DNA from: Candidatus Binatia bacterium
GTDB lineage: Bacteria; Desulfobacterota; Binatia; Bin18
Assembly: GCA_965231765.1 (NCBI GenBank)
Contig: OZ246887.1
Span: 3,980,538 to 4,044,537, forward strand
Direction: 5' to 3'
Length of the DNA: 64,000 nucleotides
Shown piece after piece: positions 1 through 9,917 of the stretch. A program made the position numbers and the translations under genes. Each line of letters opens with the position of its first letter. Within the stretch, counting starts at the first letter, position 1. The notes below the pieces were generated by a model. The model saw only the letters and a list, made by a program, of their open reading frames with translations, was not told the DNA's origin and did not search any database.

Positions 1-764
1 TTTGGCCAGCCTTTGAAGACGGGCAGGCCGTCATTATTTCAGAGCCGTACGCCTATCATCATGAGCTTCAGCTTGAGGACGTTGTCCGATTACGGACGGA
101 TCGTGGACAGCACGCGTTTCGGGTGGCAGGCATTTTTGTGGATTACGGTTCGGATCAAGGTTTGGTCATGATGAGCCGCAAAACGTATGAGCAGTTTTGG
201 GAGGATCGGGGTATCTCATCATTAGGACTCTATGTGACACCCGAATATGATGTGGCGACGCTGGTCGCCTCACTGCGCGGTCTGGTCGCTGCGGAGCAGG
301 AGGTTCTGATCGGCTCGAATCGGGCGCTACGCGAAGCCTCGCTCGATATTTTTGATCGGACGTTCACGATTACGTCGGTCTTGCGCTTGCTGACAACGGC
401 GGTCGCCTTTGTTGGGGTATTGAGTGCCTTGATGGCGCTGCAACTGGAACGGGAGCGCGAACTCGGGGTGTTACGCGCCACCGGTTTCACCCCGCGCCAG
501 GTCTGGGGGCTGATCACGGCCCAGACGGGTCTGATGGGATTCGTGTCTGGGCTACTGGCCTTGCCCGTTGGCATGCTGCTCGCCTCAGTGCTGGTGTTTG
601 TGATTAATCGGCGCTCGTTTGGCTGGACGCTCCAGTTAGAGATTTTGCCGGGCCTGCTTGTGGAAGCGGTAGTGTTGGCTCTTGTCGCGGCATTCCTGGC
701 TGGTATGTATCCCGCATTCAAGATGGCGCGGACCTCGCCGGCAGTGGCATTACGAGAAGAGTAG
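1..764 (+). CDS. ABC transporter permease, FtsX/MacB-like, C-terminal part (5' end lies outside window)
   Basis: Reading frame open from window edge (frame 3, no stop before 762-764 TAG). Translated C-terminus has the four-helix FtsX-type permease pattern (LRATGFTPRQVW loop, hydrophobic helices). The listed ATG at 123 is internal. Confidence 0.8.
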   Translation, partial: WPAFEDGQAVIISEPYAYHHELQLEDVVRLRTDRGQHAFRVAGIFVDYGSDQGLVMMSRKTYEQFWEDRGISSLGLYVTPEYDVATLVASLRGLVAAEQEVLIGSNRALREASLDIFDRTFTITSVLRLLTTAVAFVGVLSALMALQLERERELGVLRATGFTPRQVWGLITAQTGLMGFVSGLLALPVGMLLASVLVFVINRRSFGWTLQLEILPGLLVEAVVLALVAAFLAGMYPAFKMARTSPAVALREE

Positions 765-781
765 AGAGGCAGGACACACGT

Positions 782-2005
782 ATGGCACAAAAAGGGGGTA
801 GTGTTGGGGGCAGGGGTCTGCTGAGCCTGCTCATCCTGCTCATTCTGGTACTCGCTGGCGGGGCATACGTCCTGGGCAAACCGCACGTGTCGGGAAATAT
901 CCAGGCGCAACTGTCTGTGATGCAGGTGCTCGGGGGGGAGACCGATGGGTATGCGCGGGCGCTGGAACCACGCGTTTTTTCCTTTCCCCAGGATCACGGC
1001 CCGCATCCAGCGTATCGTACCGAATGGTGGTATTACACGGGGAATCTGGAGACACAAAGCGGCCGGCACTTTGGTTTTCAGTTGACGTTTTTTCGTTCGG
1101 CATTGGCGCCGCGGGTTGCCGCGCGTCACTCTGCCTGGGGAGCCGGACAGGTGTATATGGCGCATTTTGTGCTGACGGATGTGGAGAATAACCGCTTGTA
1201 CGCATTTGAACGCTTTAGTCGGGCCGCGCTTGGATTGGCTGGTGCTCGGGCCGAACCATTTCGGGTCTGGCTTGAAGACTGGTCGGTACAAGGCGCCGGA
1301 CACAACGGGCTGCCTATGCATCTGCGGGCTAGGGAAGGCGAGGTTGGTATTGATTTCCGCCTCCAGAGCCTCAAACCGATTGTCTTACAAGGAGACCGGG
1401 GCCTCAGCCAAAAAGGGCCCGAGGCCGGGAATGCGTCGTATTATTACTCGCTGACGCGGATGCCGACACAGGGGACCATCACTGTGGCGGATGAGACGTT
1501 TCAGGTCAGTGGTACGAGCTGGATGGATCGTGAGTGGAGTACGAGTGTCTTGGGTAAAAACCAAGTTGGCTGGGACTGGTTTTCGCTCCAGCTGTCAGAC
1601 GGCAGTGAGCTGATGTTTTTTCAGTTGCGGCATGTTGACGGAGAAACCGACGCGTTCAGGAGTGGCACCCTTGTTCGGCCCGACGGGGAGACACTCACGC
1701 TGCAGCAGGACGCGGTGCACCTTCAGGTGCAAGAGTATTGGCACAGTCCACGTAGTGGAGGAGACTATCCGGTCCGGTGGCGGTTACAGATCCCAGCTGA
1801 AGATCTGGCAGTGGAAATTATTCCATATCTTCCTGATCAAGAACTCTCCCTATCCATAGCTTACTGGGAGGGGGCCGTACGTGTACACGGGAGCGTGCAG
1901 GGAGAGGTGCTCCAGGGCCATGGTTATGTCGAATTAACGGGCTATCATACACAGACGCGAGACCGTGCAGGCAGGGTTGGACGGGCGCGCCCAGCCAGCA
2001 GTTGA
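782..2005 (+). CDS. AttH/CrtC-like (hydroxyneurosporene-synthase-like, lipocalin-type) membrane-anchored protein, typically partnered with FtsX-type ABC transporters
   Basis: N-terminal TM anchor. Hallmark motif DHGPHPAYRTEWWYYTGNL and following WxxxxG/FxLTxxxN pattern of the CrtC/AttH family. Immediately downstream of the FtsX permease, as in att-type loci. Confidence 0.7.
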   Translation: MAQKGGSVGGRGLLSLLILLILVLAGGAYVLGKPHVSGNIQAQLSVMQVLGGETDGYARALEPRVFSFPQDHGPHPAYRTEWWYYTGNLETQSGRHFGFQLTFFRSALAPRVAARHSAWGAGQVYMAHFVLTDVENNRLYAFERFSRAALGLAGARAEPFRVWLEDWSVQGAGHNGLPMHLRAREGEVGIDFRLQSLKPIVLQGDRGLSQKGPEAGNASYYYSLTRMPTQGTITVADETFQVSGTSWMDREWSTSVLGKNQVGWDWFSLQLSDGSELMFFQLRHVDGETDAFRSGTLVRPDGETLTLQQDAVHLQVQEYWHSPRSGGDYPVRWRLQIPAEDLAVEIIPYLPDQELSLSIAYWEGAVRVHGSVQGEVLQGHGYVELTGYHTQTRDRAGRVGRARPASS

Positions 2006-2017
2006 AAACGAAACACA

Positions 2018-2881
2018 ATGGCAAATATCCTGATTGCAGGCTGTGGGGATGTTGGGAGTGCCCTGGGTGAACGTTTAAGCACCGATGGACATCGTGTCTG
2101 GGGTTTACGTCGGCATACGGATGCCCTGCCAACCAGTATTCAGCCGTTTGTGGCTGATCTGGTCGTTCCTGAGACGCTGCAAGCATTCCCGCCTGGATTG
2201 GATTTTATTTTTTATACGGCCGCCGCGGACGCTGCTTCTGATGAGGGCTATCAGCGTGCATACGTTGATGGGGTACGCAATGTATTGACTGCCTTAACAT
2301 CCCAGTGTCAGACCATCCGTCGGATCTTTTTTGCCTCCAGCACCGGAGTCTATGCCCAGTCGGCAGGTGAGTGGGTCGATGAGTTGTCACCGACCGCGCC
2401 AGCGCACTTTTCCGGTCTTCGGATGCTTGAGGGAGAACGGCTTCTATTAGACAGTCATTTCCCTGCTACGATTGTCCGGTTGGGGGGCATTTATGGACCA
2501 GGCCGCACGCGTCTTCTTCGACAAGTACGTCAGGGCCAAGCGATCTGTCGGGCTGGCCCTCGGGTGTATACCAATCGTATTCACCGCGCGGATTGTGCTG
2601 GCACCTTCTCTCACTTGATGACCCTAGCCGAGCCACAGACACTGTATCTGGGGGTTGATCACGAGCCTGTGGAGCAAGGGCTGGTCTATCGCTGGTTGGC
2701 GGAGCAGATGGGGGTGGCGCCGCCCCGGATCGAATCGGTGCCGCTGAACGATGGTCGAACGCGGCGCAGCAATAAACGCTGCCGAAATACAAAGTTGCTG
2801 AACACCGGCTACGTATTTCAGTATCCAAGCTTTCGTGAAGGCTATACTGCTGTCTTACGCGAGCAGGCTCAGGAGGGGTAA
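2018..2881 (+). CDS. NAD(P)-dependent epimerase/dehydratase family (extended SDR) protein
   Basis: N-terminal Rossmann motif ILIAGCGDVGSALGERL. Size 287 aa. GGxYGPGR-like motif. RBS-like AAACGAAACACA precedes the ATG. Confidence 0.65.
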   Translation: MANILIAGCGDVGSALGERLSTDGHRVWGLRRHTDALPTSIQPFVADLVVPETLQAFPPGLDFIFYTAAADAASDEGYQRAYVDGVRNVLTALTSQCQTIRRIFFASSTGVYAQSAGEWVDELSPTAPAHFSGLRMLEGERLLLDSHFPATIVRLGGIYGPGRTRLLRQVRQGQAICRAGPRVYTNRIHRADCAGTFSHLMTLAEPQTLYLGVDHEPVEQGLVYRWLAEQMGVAPPRIESVPLNDGRTRRSNKRCRNTKLLNTGYVFQYPSFREGYTAVLREQAQEG

Positions 2882-2886
2882 GACAC

Positions 2887-4293
2887 ATGAAAACAGCCGT
2901 CTTTATCAAGCGCTCTCGGATGCCCGCACCTGCTGACGCTGTCTTTCGTTGGCATGCTCGGCCTGGAGCGTTTGAACGTTTGGGGCCGCCGTGGGAGTCG
3001 GTTGAAATCGTGGAGCGGACGGGCGGCATCGAAGATGGCGCACGGGTTGTGCTGCGGATGCGTATGGGGCCGGTGTGGCAACGCTGGATTGCTGAGCATC
3101 GTGACTATGAAGAGGGCCGACAATTTCGGGATGTGCAAATTTCTGGTCCATTTGCTCGCTGGGAGCATACGCATCGCATTGAACCCGTTGAATCTATGGG
3201 ATCTGAGAATTCCGAGGGTTCTGAGGCCTGCCAGTTAGAAGATCGGATTGAGTATGCTTTGCCGTTTGGCCTGCTGGGTCGTGTTTTTGGTGACGCGTTT
3301 ACCCGCAAAAAACTTGAACGGGTGTTTCGTTATCGGCATATAACAACCCAACACGATCTGACTGCTCACAATATGTACACAGGAGGTGCACCAATGAATA
3401 TTGCGGTGACTGGAGCCAGCGGACTGGTCGGCTCGGAGCTCGTTCCTTTTCTCACTGCCGGTGGACATCGGGTGGTGCGCCTGGTGCGTTCAGCTCCCAA
3501 GCCCGGCGACGACGTGGTCCAATGGGACCCGCAGGCTGGCCAGTTAGATCCGGCGAGTCTGGAGGGCCTGGACGCGGTGGTGCACTTGGCCGGAGAAAAT
3601 ATTGCTGCCGGCCGCTGGACTGCGGAGCAAAAGGCGCGCATTCGGGACAGCCGGGTGAAGAGTACTGGTCTCCTGTGTGAAACGCTAGCCAAGCTTTCTC
3701 AGCCGCCCAAAGTCCTGGTGGGTGCCTCAGCGATTGGTGTATATGGCAGCCGTGGGAATGAAACGCTGCACGAAGATAGTCCAGCTGGGAGGGGATTTTT
3801 AGCACAAGTCTGCGAGGCCTGGGAAGCGGCAACGCAACCGGCCAGCCAAGCTGGTATACGGACTGCTTTGCTGCGTATCGGCATGGTCTTAAGCCCCGCT
3901 GGTGGGGCACTGGCCAAGCTGGTGTTACCCTTTAAAATGGGTCTTGGTGGGGTGGTGGGCAGTGGCAATCAGTACTGGAGCTGGATTGGGGTCGATGATG
4001 TGGTGGGCGCGATATATCATGCGCTCATGACGGACGGACTCGACGGCGTGGTGAACGTCGTCACGCCACAGCCGGCGACGAATAGAGAATTTACGAAGAC
4101 GTTAGGCCGAGTCCTCGGGCGTCCAACGTTTCTTCCTTTGCCCGGATTTGCCGCCCGCTTGGCGCTGGGAGAGATGGCCGATGACTTACTGCTAGCCAGT
4201 ACACGAGTCGAGCCAAAGAAACTTGCAGAGACTGGCTATCCCTTTCGTCATCCTGAACTTGAGGGCGCCTTGCGACATCTGTTGGGCAGGTGA
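2887..4293 (+). CDS. Fusion protein: SRPBCC (polyketide-cyclase/Coq10-like) domain + TIGR01777/YfcH-type NAD-dependent epimerase-like domain with DUF1731 C-terminus
   Basis: N-terminal 150 aa resemble SRPBCC ligand-binding fold. From 'MNIAVTGASGLVGSELVPFL' onward a typical YfcH (SDR39U1-like) sequence including C-terminal '...REFTKTLGRVLGRPTFLPLPGFAARLALGEMADDLLL'. Confidence 0.7.
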   Translation: MKTAVFIKRSRMPAPADAVFRWHARPGAFERLGPPWESVEIVERTGGIEDGARVVLRMRMGPVWQRWIAEHRDYEEGRQFRDVQISGPFARWEHTHRIEPVESMGSENSEGSEACQLEDRIEYALPFGLLGRVFGDAFTRKKLERVFRYRHITTQHDLTAHNMYTGGAPMNIAVTGASGLVGSELVPFLTAGGHRVVRLVRSAPKPGDDVVQWDPQAGQLDPASLEGLDAVVHLAGENIAAGRWTAEQKARIRDSRVKSTGLLCETLAKLSQPPKVLVGASAIGVYGSRGNETLHEDSPAGRGFLAQVCEAWEAATQPASQAGIRTALLRIGMVLSPAGGALAKLVLPFKMGLGGVVGSGNQYWSWIGVDDVVGAIYHALMTDGLDGVVNVVTPQPATNREFTKTLGRVLGRPTFLPLPGFAARLALGEMADDLLLASTRVEPKKLAETGYPFRHPELEGALRHLLGR

Positions 4294-4369
4294 TGGGGCG
4301 CCCTACACGGTGGCGGCCTGGAGCATCCCCGGGCAATAAGTGGGCCAGGAGGATTGAGGATTACCCCAC

Positions 4370-5290
4370 TTATTGGGGCAGCTGAAAGATATTGAAGCTC
4401 CCCGCGCAGCCTGCCGTATCCTCCCAGATGCCTGGACAACTCTCTGTCCCAAGGCTGCCGGTGAAGACGCCGGCAAATCGGCCGTCGAGTGACCATTGTC
4501 CGACGTAGAACCCGTTCTGCGCACAGACCTCGCCGGATGTCCGGAAACGACCATGAGGCGGAGCACGGGTGACACCGGAAATTTTTCCGTCCTGTATCGT
4601 GACTTGGGTTGTCCCGCGCACGGCCGTACAGGTGTAAGTGGCGAGCTCCGCGTAGTCGTGCTGGAATTGAATCAAATAGTCACCATCAAATCCCCCCTCT
4701 TGATCGGGTGGACAGGGCAAAGGTGGGGGGAGCAGCAGGGGCGTAGGAGCAGGCGCGGGCCCAAGCGTTGCCGGGGACGGCTGGGACAGGCATATGTCGC
4801 TGATATCCTGGGAGCGCACTACCTCCAGATGTTGGGTACTCTGATTCCACTCAAAATACGTTTCCTCCCCCGGCGACGGGAAATTCGGGACTCGGAGCCA
4901 GAGGCTCGCCCTAGCCACAAACTCCTCCCCCAAGGTCGCTACCTCGAACGTGCTTCTGGCAAACTCCACATCATTATCGAAGGCCACAGCGGTGTGCTCC
5001 CCATCGCCCAGAATCGCCCAGTTCATGTAGGTCACAAAGCCGTTGTACCCGCTATTCCCACACGCACCCCGTGTATCGTTCCGGGGAAGCCCCTTGACTG
5101 TGGAAAGATGCTCGCCTCCATTGAGGCTCACGGTGATGGTCCCCGCGTCACACTTCCAACCCGAGATCACCCCCACTCCCGACAGTTGAGTCCCGTTGCT
5201 TGGAATTTCTAGCGCTCCACTCTGGGGGTGTGCTAGCGTCGGGACGAGGGCGCCGAATATAAACACACACAGACGTAGGAAAAAAGGCAT
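4370..5290 (-). CDS. Secreted protein with one copy of a novel ~150-aa 'GxGVISGWxCDA...LGDGEHT...TLGEEF' domain, Pro-rich linker and Cys-containing C-terminal domain
   Basis: Likely start at ATG 5290 (GAGGG 5 nt upstream) giving signal peptide MPFFLRLCVFIFGALVPTLAHPQ. Domain is paralogous to the two repeats in the 38352-40016 protein. PAPAPTPLLLPPPLPCPP linker. Confidence 0.6.
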   Translation of the reverse strand: MPFFLRLCVFIFGALVPTLAHPQSGALEIPSNGTQLSGVGVISGWKCDAGTITVSLNGGEHLSTVKGLPRNDTRGACGNSGYNGFVTYMNWAILGDGEHTAVAFDNDVEFARSTFEVATLGEEFVARASLWLRVPNFPSPGEETYFEWNQSTQHLEVVRSQDISDICLSQPSPATLGPAPAPTPLLLPPPLPCPPDQEGGFDGDYLIQFQHDYAELATYTCTAVRGTTQVTIQDGKISGVTRAPPHGRFRTSGEVCAQNGFYVGQWSLDGRFAGVFTGSLGTESCPGIWEDTAGCAGSFNIFQLPQ

Positions 5291-5529
5291 CCGACCCTCT
5301 ATGGAAAACATTCGCGGCACTGTAGCCAACTACGGGCTTTTTACAACCCCCTCGCCTCAGCTCTCAGAACGCAACCTGAAAGCCTGCCCGCTCCTGACTC
5401 TTGACCTGTGTCGGATAGCCCTGAACCCACACATACTCCCCAGCCGGGTAGTCCAAATACCCGTATGTCGTGACCTGGACAGCAAGCCCCTGACCCAGCA
5501 TGGGGGGTGGGAGACGCGGGGCGTCTTTT

Positions 5530-5640
5530 GCGTGTAGTGTGTGGACCTTGTGATGTGGCGGGCGTGGTATATCATGCGTTCATGACGGCCGGACTCGACG
5601 GCGGCGGCGCGCCACAGCTGGCGACGAATAAAGAATTTAT
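5530..5640 (+). pseudogene. Relic fragment (about 110 bp) duplicated from the 3' end of the yfcH-like gene (compare 4000-4095)
   Basis: gatgtggcgggcgtggtatatcatgcgttcatgacggccggactcgacggcgg...gccacagctggcgacgaataaagaatttatgaagac aligns to 4000-4090 with about 85% identity and a 6-bp deletion. Translates to DVAGVVYHAFMTAGLDGGGAPQLATNKEFMKTF versus DVVGAIYHALMTDGLDGVVNVVTPQPATNREFTKTL. No start codon, and the preceding sequence does not match. Confidence 0.6.
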
Positions 5641-5664
5641 GAAGACTTTCTGTGGCTGACCACT

Positions 5665-6177
5665 ATGAACAAACGCCTGCTGCATATTGTTTTTTCCTTT
5701 GTAGAGAACCTTGGGGATGCTGTCTGGGTTGGAGCGCTGGTAAGCTTTGGCTTTGCGGTGGCTGGAACGGTTTTCCAACAGGTGCCGAGTATTAATGTGG
5801 CTGGAAATTTGAACGCTGCAATTCTCGGGAAACTCAACCGCTTAGAGTGTGTGGCGGCGGCGTGTATGGGACTTGGAACGCTGTATTTTGTGCTGCAGGC
5901 GGCGGAGCGAACACGCCTGCGGGTGTGGAAGACTGGGATATGGTTTGTGATGCTCGGCCTGCTCTTGGTTTACGCCACGCTGATTACCGACCGGCTGGAA
6001 CACCTACGGACAGTTGAAATCCAGGACTTTGACCATTTTGATATTGCAAAACAAGCGTTCCGGGACGAATTTTCTCGTTTGCACCACTGGTATACCCGGC
6101 TTGTTAAAGCCAATCTGTTCCTGGGGCTTGGCTTTCTCTTCTTGTCGGCTTGCGAGAGACGCGAGGCAAAAGGCTGA
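5665..6177 (+). CDS. Hypothetical integral membrane protein (4 predicted TM helices; DUF4149-like is tentative)
   Basis: 170-aa ORF with alternating hydrophobic helices. No recognisable catalytic motif. Confidence 0.45.
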   Translation: MNKRLLHIVFSFVENLGDAVWVGALVSFGFAVAGTVFQQVPSINVAGNLNAAILGKLNRLECVAAACMGLGTLYFVLQAAERTRLRVWKTGIWFVMLGLLLVYATLITDRLEHLRTVEIQDFDHFDIAKQAFRDEFSRLHHWYTRLVKANLFLGLGFLFLSACERREAKG

Positions 6178-6240
6178 GCAAGATGCTCAGACAAATGCTC
6201 AGAACTGGCCAGAACTGGCCCGTTCTGGTACAGCGGCAGT

Positions 6241-6960
6241 ATGCAAGTGATCGGACATCGTGGTGCAGCAGCCTTAGCTCCGGAAAATACCTGGATCAGT
6301 TTTGATACCGCCCTAGCCCTTGGCGTTGATGCGATTGAGACGGATGTACGGACCACGAGCGATGGGGAACTCATACTGCTCCACGATGAGCGCTTGTCGC
6401 GTACGACGAGCGGTGAGGGATTTGTGCGTGATACCCCCTGGTCAGTCATCAAATCGCTGGACGCTGGAGCCTGGTTTCACCAGGACTTCCAAGGAGCCAG
6501 AGTCCCCTTATTTGGAGAGACATTAGAGCGCTATGGCAAGCAAATCCCCCTCATTATTGAGGTGAAGCAGCTTGATCTTGAACTCCGTGTTCTGGATATG
6601 GTCCGCGAATATGAGCTGCTCGATACGGTCAGCTTTACGTCATTCTATTTCCCAGTTGTCCAAAATATAAAGCTCCTCGCCCCGGAAACAAAAGTTGGTT
6701 ATCTGACCTCTGATACGGGAGATCAGAATGTCCAGCGGGTTATTGATGCCGGCCTTGACCAATTCTGTCCTCCAGCCCAGGCGATTTCCTCAGCCCAGGT
6801 CAGCGCCTGGAAAAGCTTAGGACTTGATATCAGAGCGTGGGGAGTCCGAGATCCCGCATTGATGTACGCCGCGCTTGAGGCTGGGGTCGATGGGATGACC
6901 GTCGATTTTCCGCATCTTTTATTACAAGCTGTGGGGAGAATGGAAGCGCGGCAGGATTGA
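6241..6960 (+). CDS. ugpQ: Glycerophosphodiester phosphodiesterase (GDPD family)
   Basis: N-terminal GDPD signature VIGHRGAAALAPENTWISFDTALALGVDAIETDVRTTSDGELILLHDERL. Size 239 aa. Confidence 0.8.
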   Translation: MQVIGHRGAAALAPENTWISFDTALALGVDAIETDVRTTSDGELILLHDERLSRTTSGEGFVRDTPWSVIKSLDAGAWFHQDFQGARVPLFGETLERYGKQIPLIIEVKQLDLELRVLDMVREYELLDTVSFTSFYFPVVQNIKLLAPETKVGYLTSDTGDQNVQRVIDAGLDQFCPPAQAISSAQVSAWKSLGLDIRAWGVRDPALMYAALEAGVDGMTVDFPHLLLQAVGRMEARQD

Positions 6961-6982
6961 CACAATCCATATGTAGGGATCT

Positions 6983-7684
6983 CTACGACGAAGACGCTGA
7001 TAGTTGCTTGAGCTTGCTTTGGATACTTTGGATAAGATTTTCATACGACGATTTATTGATAATGCGATTGAATTGGGTCCGATAGTTGCGGACCATACTA
7101 ATATTTTCAATCACCACATCGTAGATCAGCCAGTGTCCATTGACAGAATGAAGGCGATAGTTCAGGGAGAACGTTTTATCCAGCGCAGGGGCAATAATGC
7201 GTGAATTGACCTCTGCATGGGTGTCTTCGACGTGTTCACGATCAAACAGGAATTGGGTATCCTGGCTATACTGGTCGAGGGCGCTGCTATAGGTCTTCTC
7301 CACCAGAGTGATAAGGAGTTGTATGAACTCGGCGCGCTGGGTTTCCGTCCGATCACGCCAATGTATGCCTAGGGTTCGTCTCGCCAGTTCCCGAGAATCA
7401 AAGTGTGGGAGGGCCACTGCGCGGACTTTGCCGATACGCTCTTGTTGGTGTTCGGGGCCTTTGTAAGCAGTATCTTGCAGGACGGCGATGACTTGTTCCG
7501 TCATGTTTTGGATGACGGAACGAGGCGAATCGTTTGCACTCGCTGCTGGCAGTTGAGAGAACAGCAATACGACGAGTAGGCTCAGGAATCCGAAGAGTCG
7601 GTCTAATTTGTGTACTGGGGAACGGTATACTCTGCTGGAATGAATTCCAGCCAGATTCCAGATCCCAGGGTGTAGAGCGGTCAC
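6983..7684 (-). CDS. mlaC: Phospholipid-binding periplasmic protein MlaC (Ttg2D/toluene-tolerance family)
   Basis: Signal peptide then MlaC-family motifs (HFDSRELARRTLGIHWRD...FIQLLITLVEKTYSSAL). Last gene of the mla operon. True start may be an internal GTG near 7630. Confidence 0.75.
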   Translation of the reverse strand: MTALHPGIWNLAGIHSSRVYRSPVHKLDRLFGFLSLLVVLLFSQLPAASANDSPRSVIQNMTEQVIAVLQDTAYKGPEHQQERIGKVRAVALPHFDSRELARRTLGIHWRDRTETQRAEFIQLLITLVEKTYSSALDQYSQDTQFLFDREHVEDTHAEVNSRIIAPALDKTFSLNYRLHSVNGHWLIYDVVIENISMVRNYRTQFNRIINKSSYENLIQSIQSKLKQLSASSS

Positions 7685-7730
7685 GTCTTTTCCCTTCGTC
7701 TGACCGGTCAGTCGCTACGAGTTTGTGGCG

Positions 7731-8516
7731 CTAGTCTGCAATGGCCTGTGCGCGGCGCTGCAGATAGCCGTCTTGGACTGCTCCATACAGGTCAAGAGAA
7801 AACCGATCAACATTTTGGAAGAGTTCGAGGTTCATAGAACGCGAGTTCACCGCATTGCCGAGAGTCAAGCCGCCCTGGATAGCGATCGATTGAATCGTTG
7901 ACAGCAGATAGTTTATCGGGTTCATAGCGCTATCGACGGCAAACCCGAAGGTATCCCGCAGGGTTGAGGGGCCAAAGAATGGCAGCATAAGATACGGCCC
8001 AGAGGAGACCCCATAGGTTGCCAGTGTCTGGCCAAAATCTTCATCGCTGGGTTTCCAGCCAAACATATCGTCAGCAACATCAAACAGGCCAACCCCCCCG
8101 AGAGTGGTATTGACTGCAAAGCGGCCGACTTCTCGGCTGGCACCGCCGAGTTTGCCCTGGAAGAGACTATTTGCAAAGCGTGGCAAGATACCAAGATTTT
8201 TAAAGAAACGATCAACACTCCGCTGCCCAGCGTCGGGTACCAGTGTGTCATAACCAGTTGCTACCGGGCGGAAGAGGTATTCATCAAGCTTCAGATTGAA
8301 GGTAAAGACAGGCTGGTTGACGGCTTCCCACGGGTCGTAGGGAGTCTGCATATTCGCCTCTTCCGTTTCAAATGAGTCTTGCATTTGGGCCTGTACGTTT
8401 GTCAGGCCACCGGCTAAGAGGCTGATTACAAGTATTCCTGCCATTATTGCCACATTCACGTCACCCCTCCTCTGTGCCAAGCTATCCATCAGCTGTCTAC
8501 TGTGTAAGATGTGCAT
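7731..8516 (-). CDS. mlaA: MlaA/VacJ-family outer-membrane lipid-transfer protein
   Basis: Strong match to VacJ family pattern: PWEAVNQPVFTFNLKLDEYLFRPVATGYDTLVP...NLGILPRFANSLFQGK...VNTTLGGVGLFDVA...EDFGQTLATYGVSSGPYLMLPFFGPSTLRD. N-terminal signal peptide with no lipobox Cys. Start may be at 8444. Confidence 0.8.
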   Translation of the reverse strand: MHILHSRQLMDSLAQRRGDVNVAIMAGILVISLLAGGLTNVQAQMQDSFETEEANMQTPYDPWEAVNQPVFTFNLKLDEYLFRPVATGYDTLVPDAGQRSVDRFFKNLGILPRFANSLFQGKLGGASREVGRFAVNTTLGGVGLFDVADDMFGWKPSDEDFGQTLATYGVSSGPYLMLPFFGPSTLRDTFGFAVDSAMNPINYLLSTIQSIAIQGGLTLGNAVNSRSMNLELFQNVDRFSLDLYGAVQDGYLQRRAQAIAD

Positions 8517-8578
8517 CGGCGCTTCACGTTTCTTTCTTCATCAGGATCTCATAGATCGCCAAGGTTGTTTGAATTGGT

Positions 8579-9094
8579 TCAATCAAGACTGAGCCCCCAC
8601 GGGTCTGCGTCGTCTTCAGACGACGACGGCGTCTCGGATGGGGCGGTGTTACTAAAATTTCCAAACAGCGCTTGTCCAATAATATCAAGAATGTCGACGG
8701 GAGATTCCGTCTCGTGGATCTGCCCACCCGGAGCGAGGTGTTGGGTTGCTGTCCCAGGTTCGAGATCAATATATCGCTCGCCAATCAGTCCTGCCGTTTT
8801 AATCGCCGCTCGGCTATCCTGTGGAAGCGCAATATCGGATTGTAACTGAAAGGTGACTCGCGCTTTGCTCAGGCTTGGGGTTAACGAGACGTCGCTTACT
8901 CGGCCAATTTCTACTCCGGCAAGTTCGACTCGCGCGCCGCTTTGCAGCCCACCAGCATCCGAAAACTCGGCGGAAAGACTATAGCCTTGATTGCTGGCAA
9001 AACTGACTTGACCAAACTGGAGCGACAGGTAGATCAAGAATCCTACCAGTAATAGGATCATCCATCCAACCAGGAGTTCTGCATCAAGTTTCAT
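8579..9094 (-). CDS. mlaD: MCE-domain protein MlaD
   Basis: N-terminal TM helix then MCE domain (SLSAEFSDAGGLQSGARVELAGVEIGRVSDVSL). Position between mlaF and mlaA. Confidence 0.8.
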   Translation of the reverse strand: MKLDAELLVGWMILLLVGFLIYLSLQFGQVSFASNQGYSLSAEFSDAGGLQSGARVELAGVEIGRVSDVSLTPSLSKARVTFQLQSDIALPQDSRAAIKTAGLIGERYIDLEPGTATQHLAPGGQIHETESPVDILDIIGQALFGNFSNTAPSETPSSSEDDADPWGLSLD

Positions 9095-9127
9095 ACGCCT
9101 GTTTTCATCGGCCTGTTACTGGGCCTA

Positions 9128-9880
9128 TTACTGGGCTTGGATTGGCCCCTCTGTTCGGCCGTGAATGAACTGTTGCACCACCGGGTTAGTCGAAGCTTGG
9201 AGCTCTTGTGGCGTTCCAGTCATCGCAACTTTTCCTTCGTTCAGCATAGCGATATATGTAGCCAGAGAAAAGACCTCTGGAATTTCATGGCTGACAACAA
9301 CGGCAGTAAAGTTGAGTAGACCATGTAAGTCGAGAATCAATTGGTGGATAGTATTGACCCGGATCGGGTCAAGGCCAGTCGTCGGCTCATCGACTAACAA
9401 GATCTCTGGGTCGGTGACCAACGCACGCGCCAAAGCTGCCCGCTTGAGCATACCGCCCGACAGCTCCGAGGGGAATTTGGTATCCACGCCTGAGAGCCCA
9501 ACTTGACTGAGTCGTTCGTGGACTTTGTCGCGAATGGCCTTCTCTCGCAGGCGCGTTTTCTCACGCAGCGGAAAGGCGAGATTATCGTACACCGATAACG
9601 AGTCGAACATCGCTCCGCCCTGGAACAGCATACTAAAACGACCCCGGACACGATTCAGCGCCCGGCCCCGCAGGGCATTTACCTGGACATCATCAACCCA
9701 GACTTCTCCGCTATCTGGCCGCATGAGCCCGATGATGTGTTTGAGCAAACAGCTTTTGCCCGACCCGCTGCTGCCGACCACCACAAAGATTGTCCCGGTC
9801 GGAATTTCGAGATCGATCCCACGCAGAACATGTTGCAGACCAAACGATTTATGTAGCTGACGAATCTGAATCATACCCAA
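9128..9880 (-). CDS. mlaF: ABC transporter ATP-binding protein MlaF
   Basis: Walker A GSSGSGKS, Q-loop, signature LSGGMLKRAALARAL, Walker B LLVDEPTTGLD, H-loop VSHE. Confidence 0.85.
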   Translation of the reverse strand: MGMIQIRQLHKSFGLQHVLRGIDLEIPTGTIFVVVGSSGSGKSCLLKHIIGLMRPDSGEVWVDDVQVNALRGRALNRVRGRFSMLFQGGAMFDSLSVYDNLAFPLREKTRLREKAIRDKVHERLSQVGLSGVDTKFPSELSGGMLKRAALARALVTDPEILLVDEPTTGLDPIRVNTIHQLILDLHGLLNFTAVVVSHEIPEVFSLATYIAMLNEGKVAMTGTPQELQASTNPVVQQFIHGRTEGPIQAQ

Positions 9881-9917
9881 GGCTCTAACAAACGGTGCGA
9901 GCAGTGACAGATGCTGA

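Noticed and set aside
230-1321. 363-aa minus-strand ORF overlapping the FtsX and AttH genes
   Set aside because: Antisense to two genes with clear family signatures. Arg/Pro/Ser-rich low-complexity product.
4496-5212. 238-aa plus-strand ORF
   Set aside because: Antisense to the secreted repeat-domain protein, whose signal peptide and paralogous domain make the minus-strand reading the real one.
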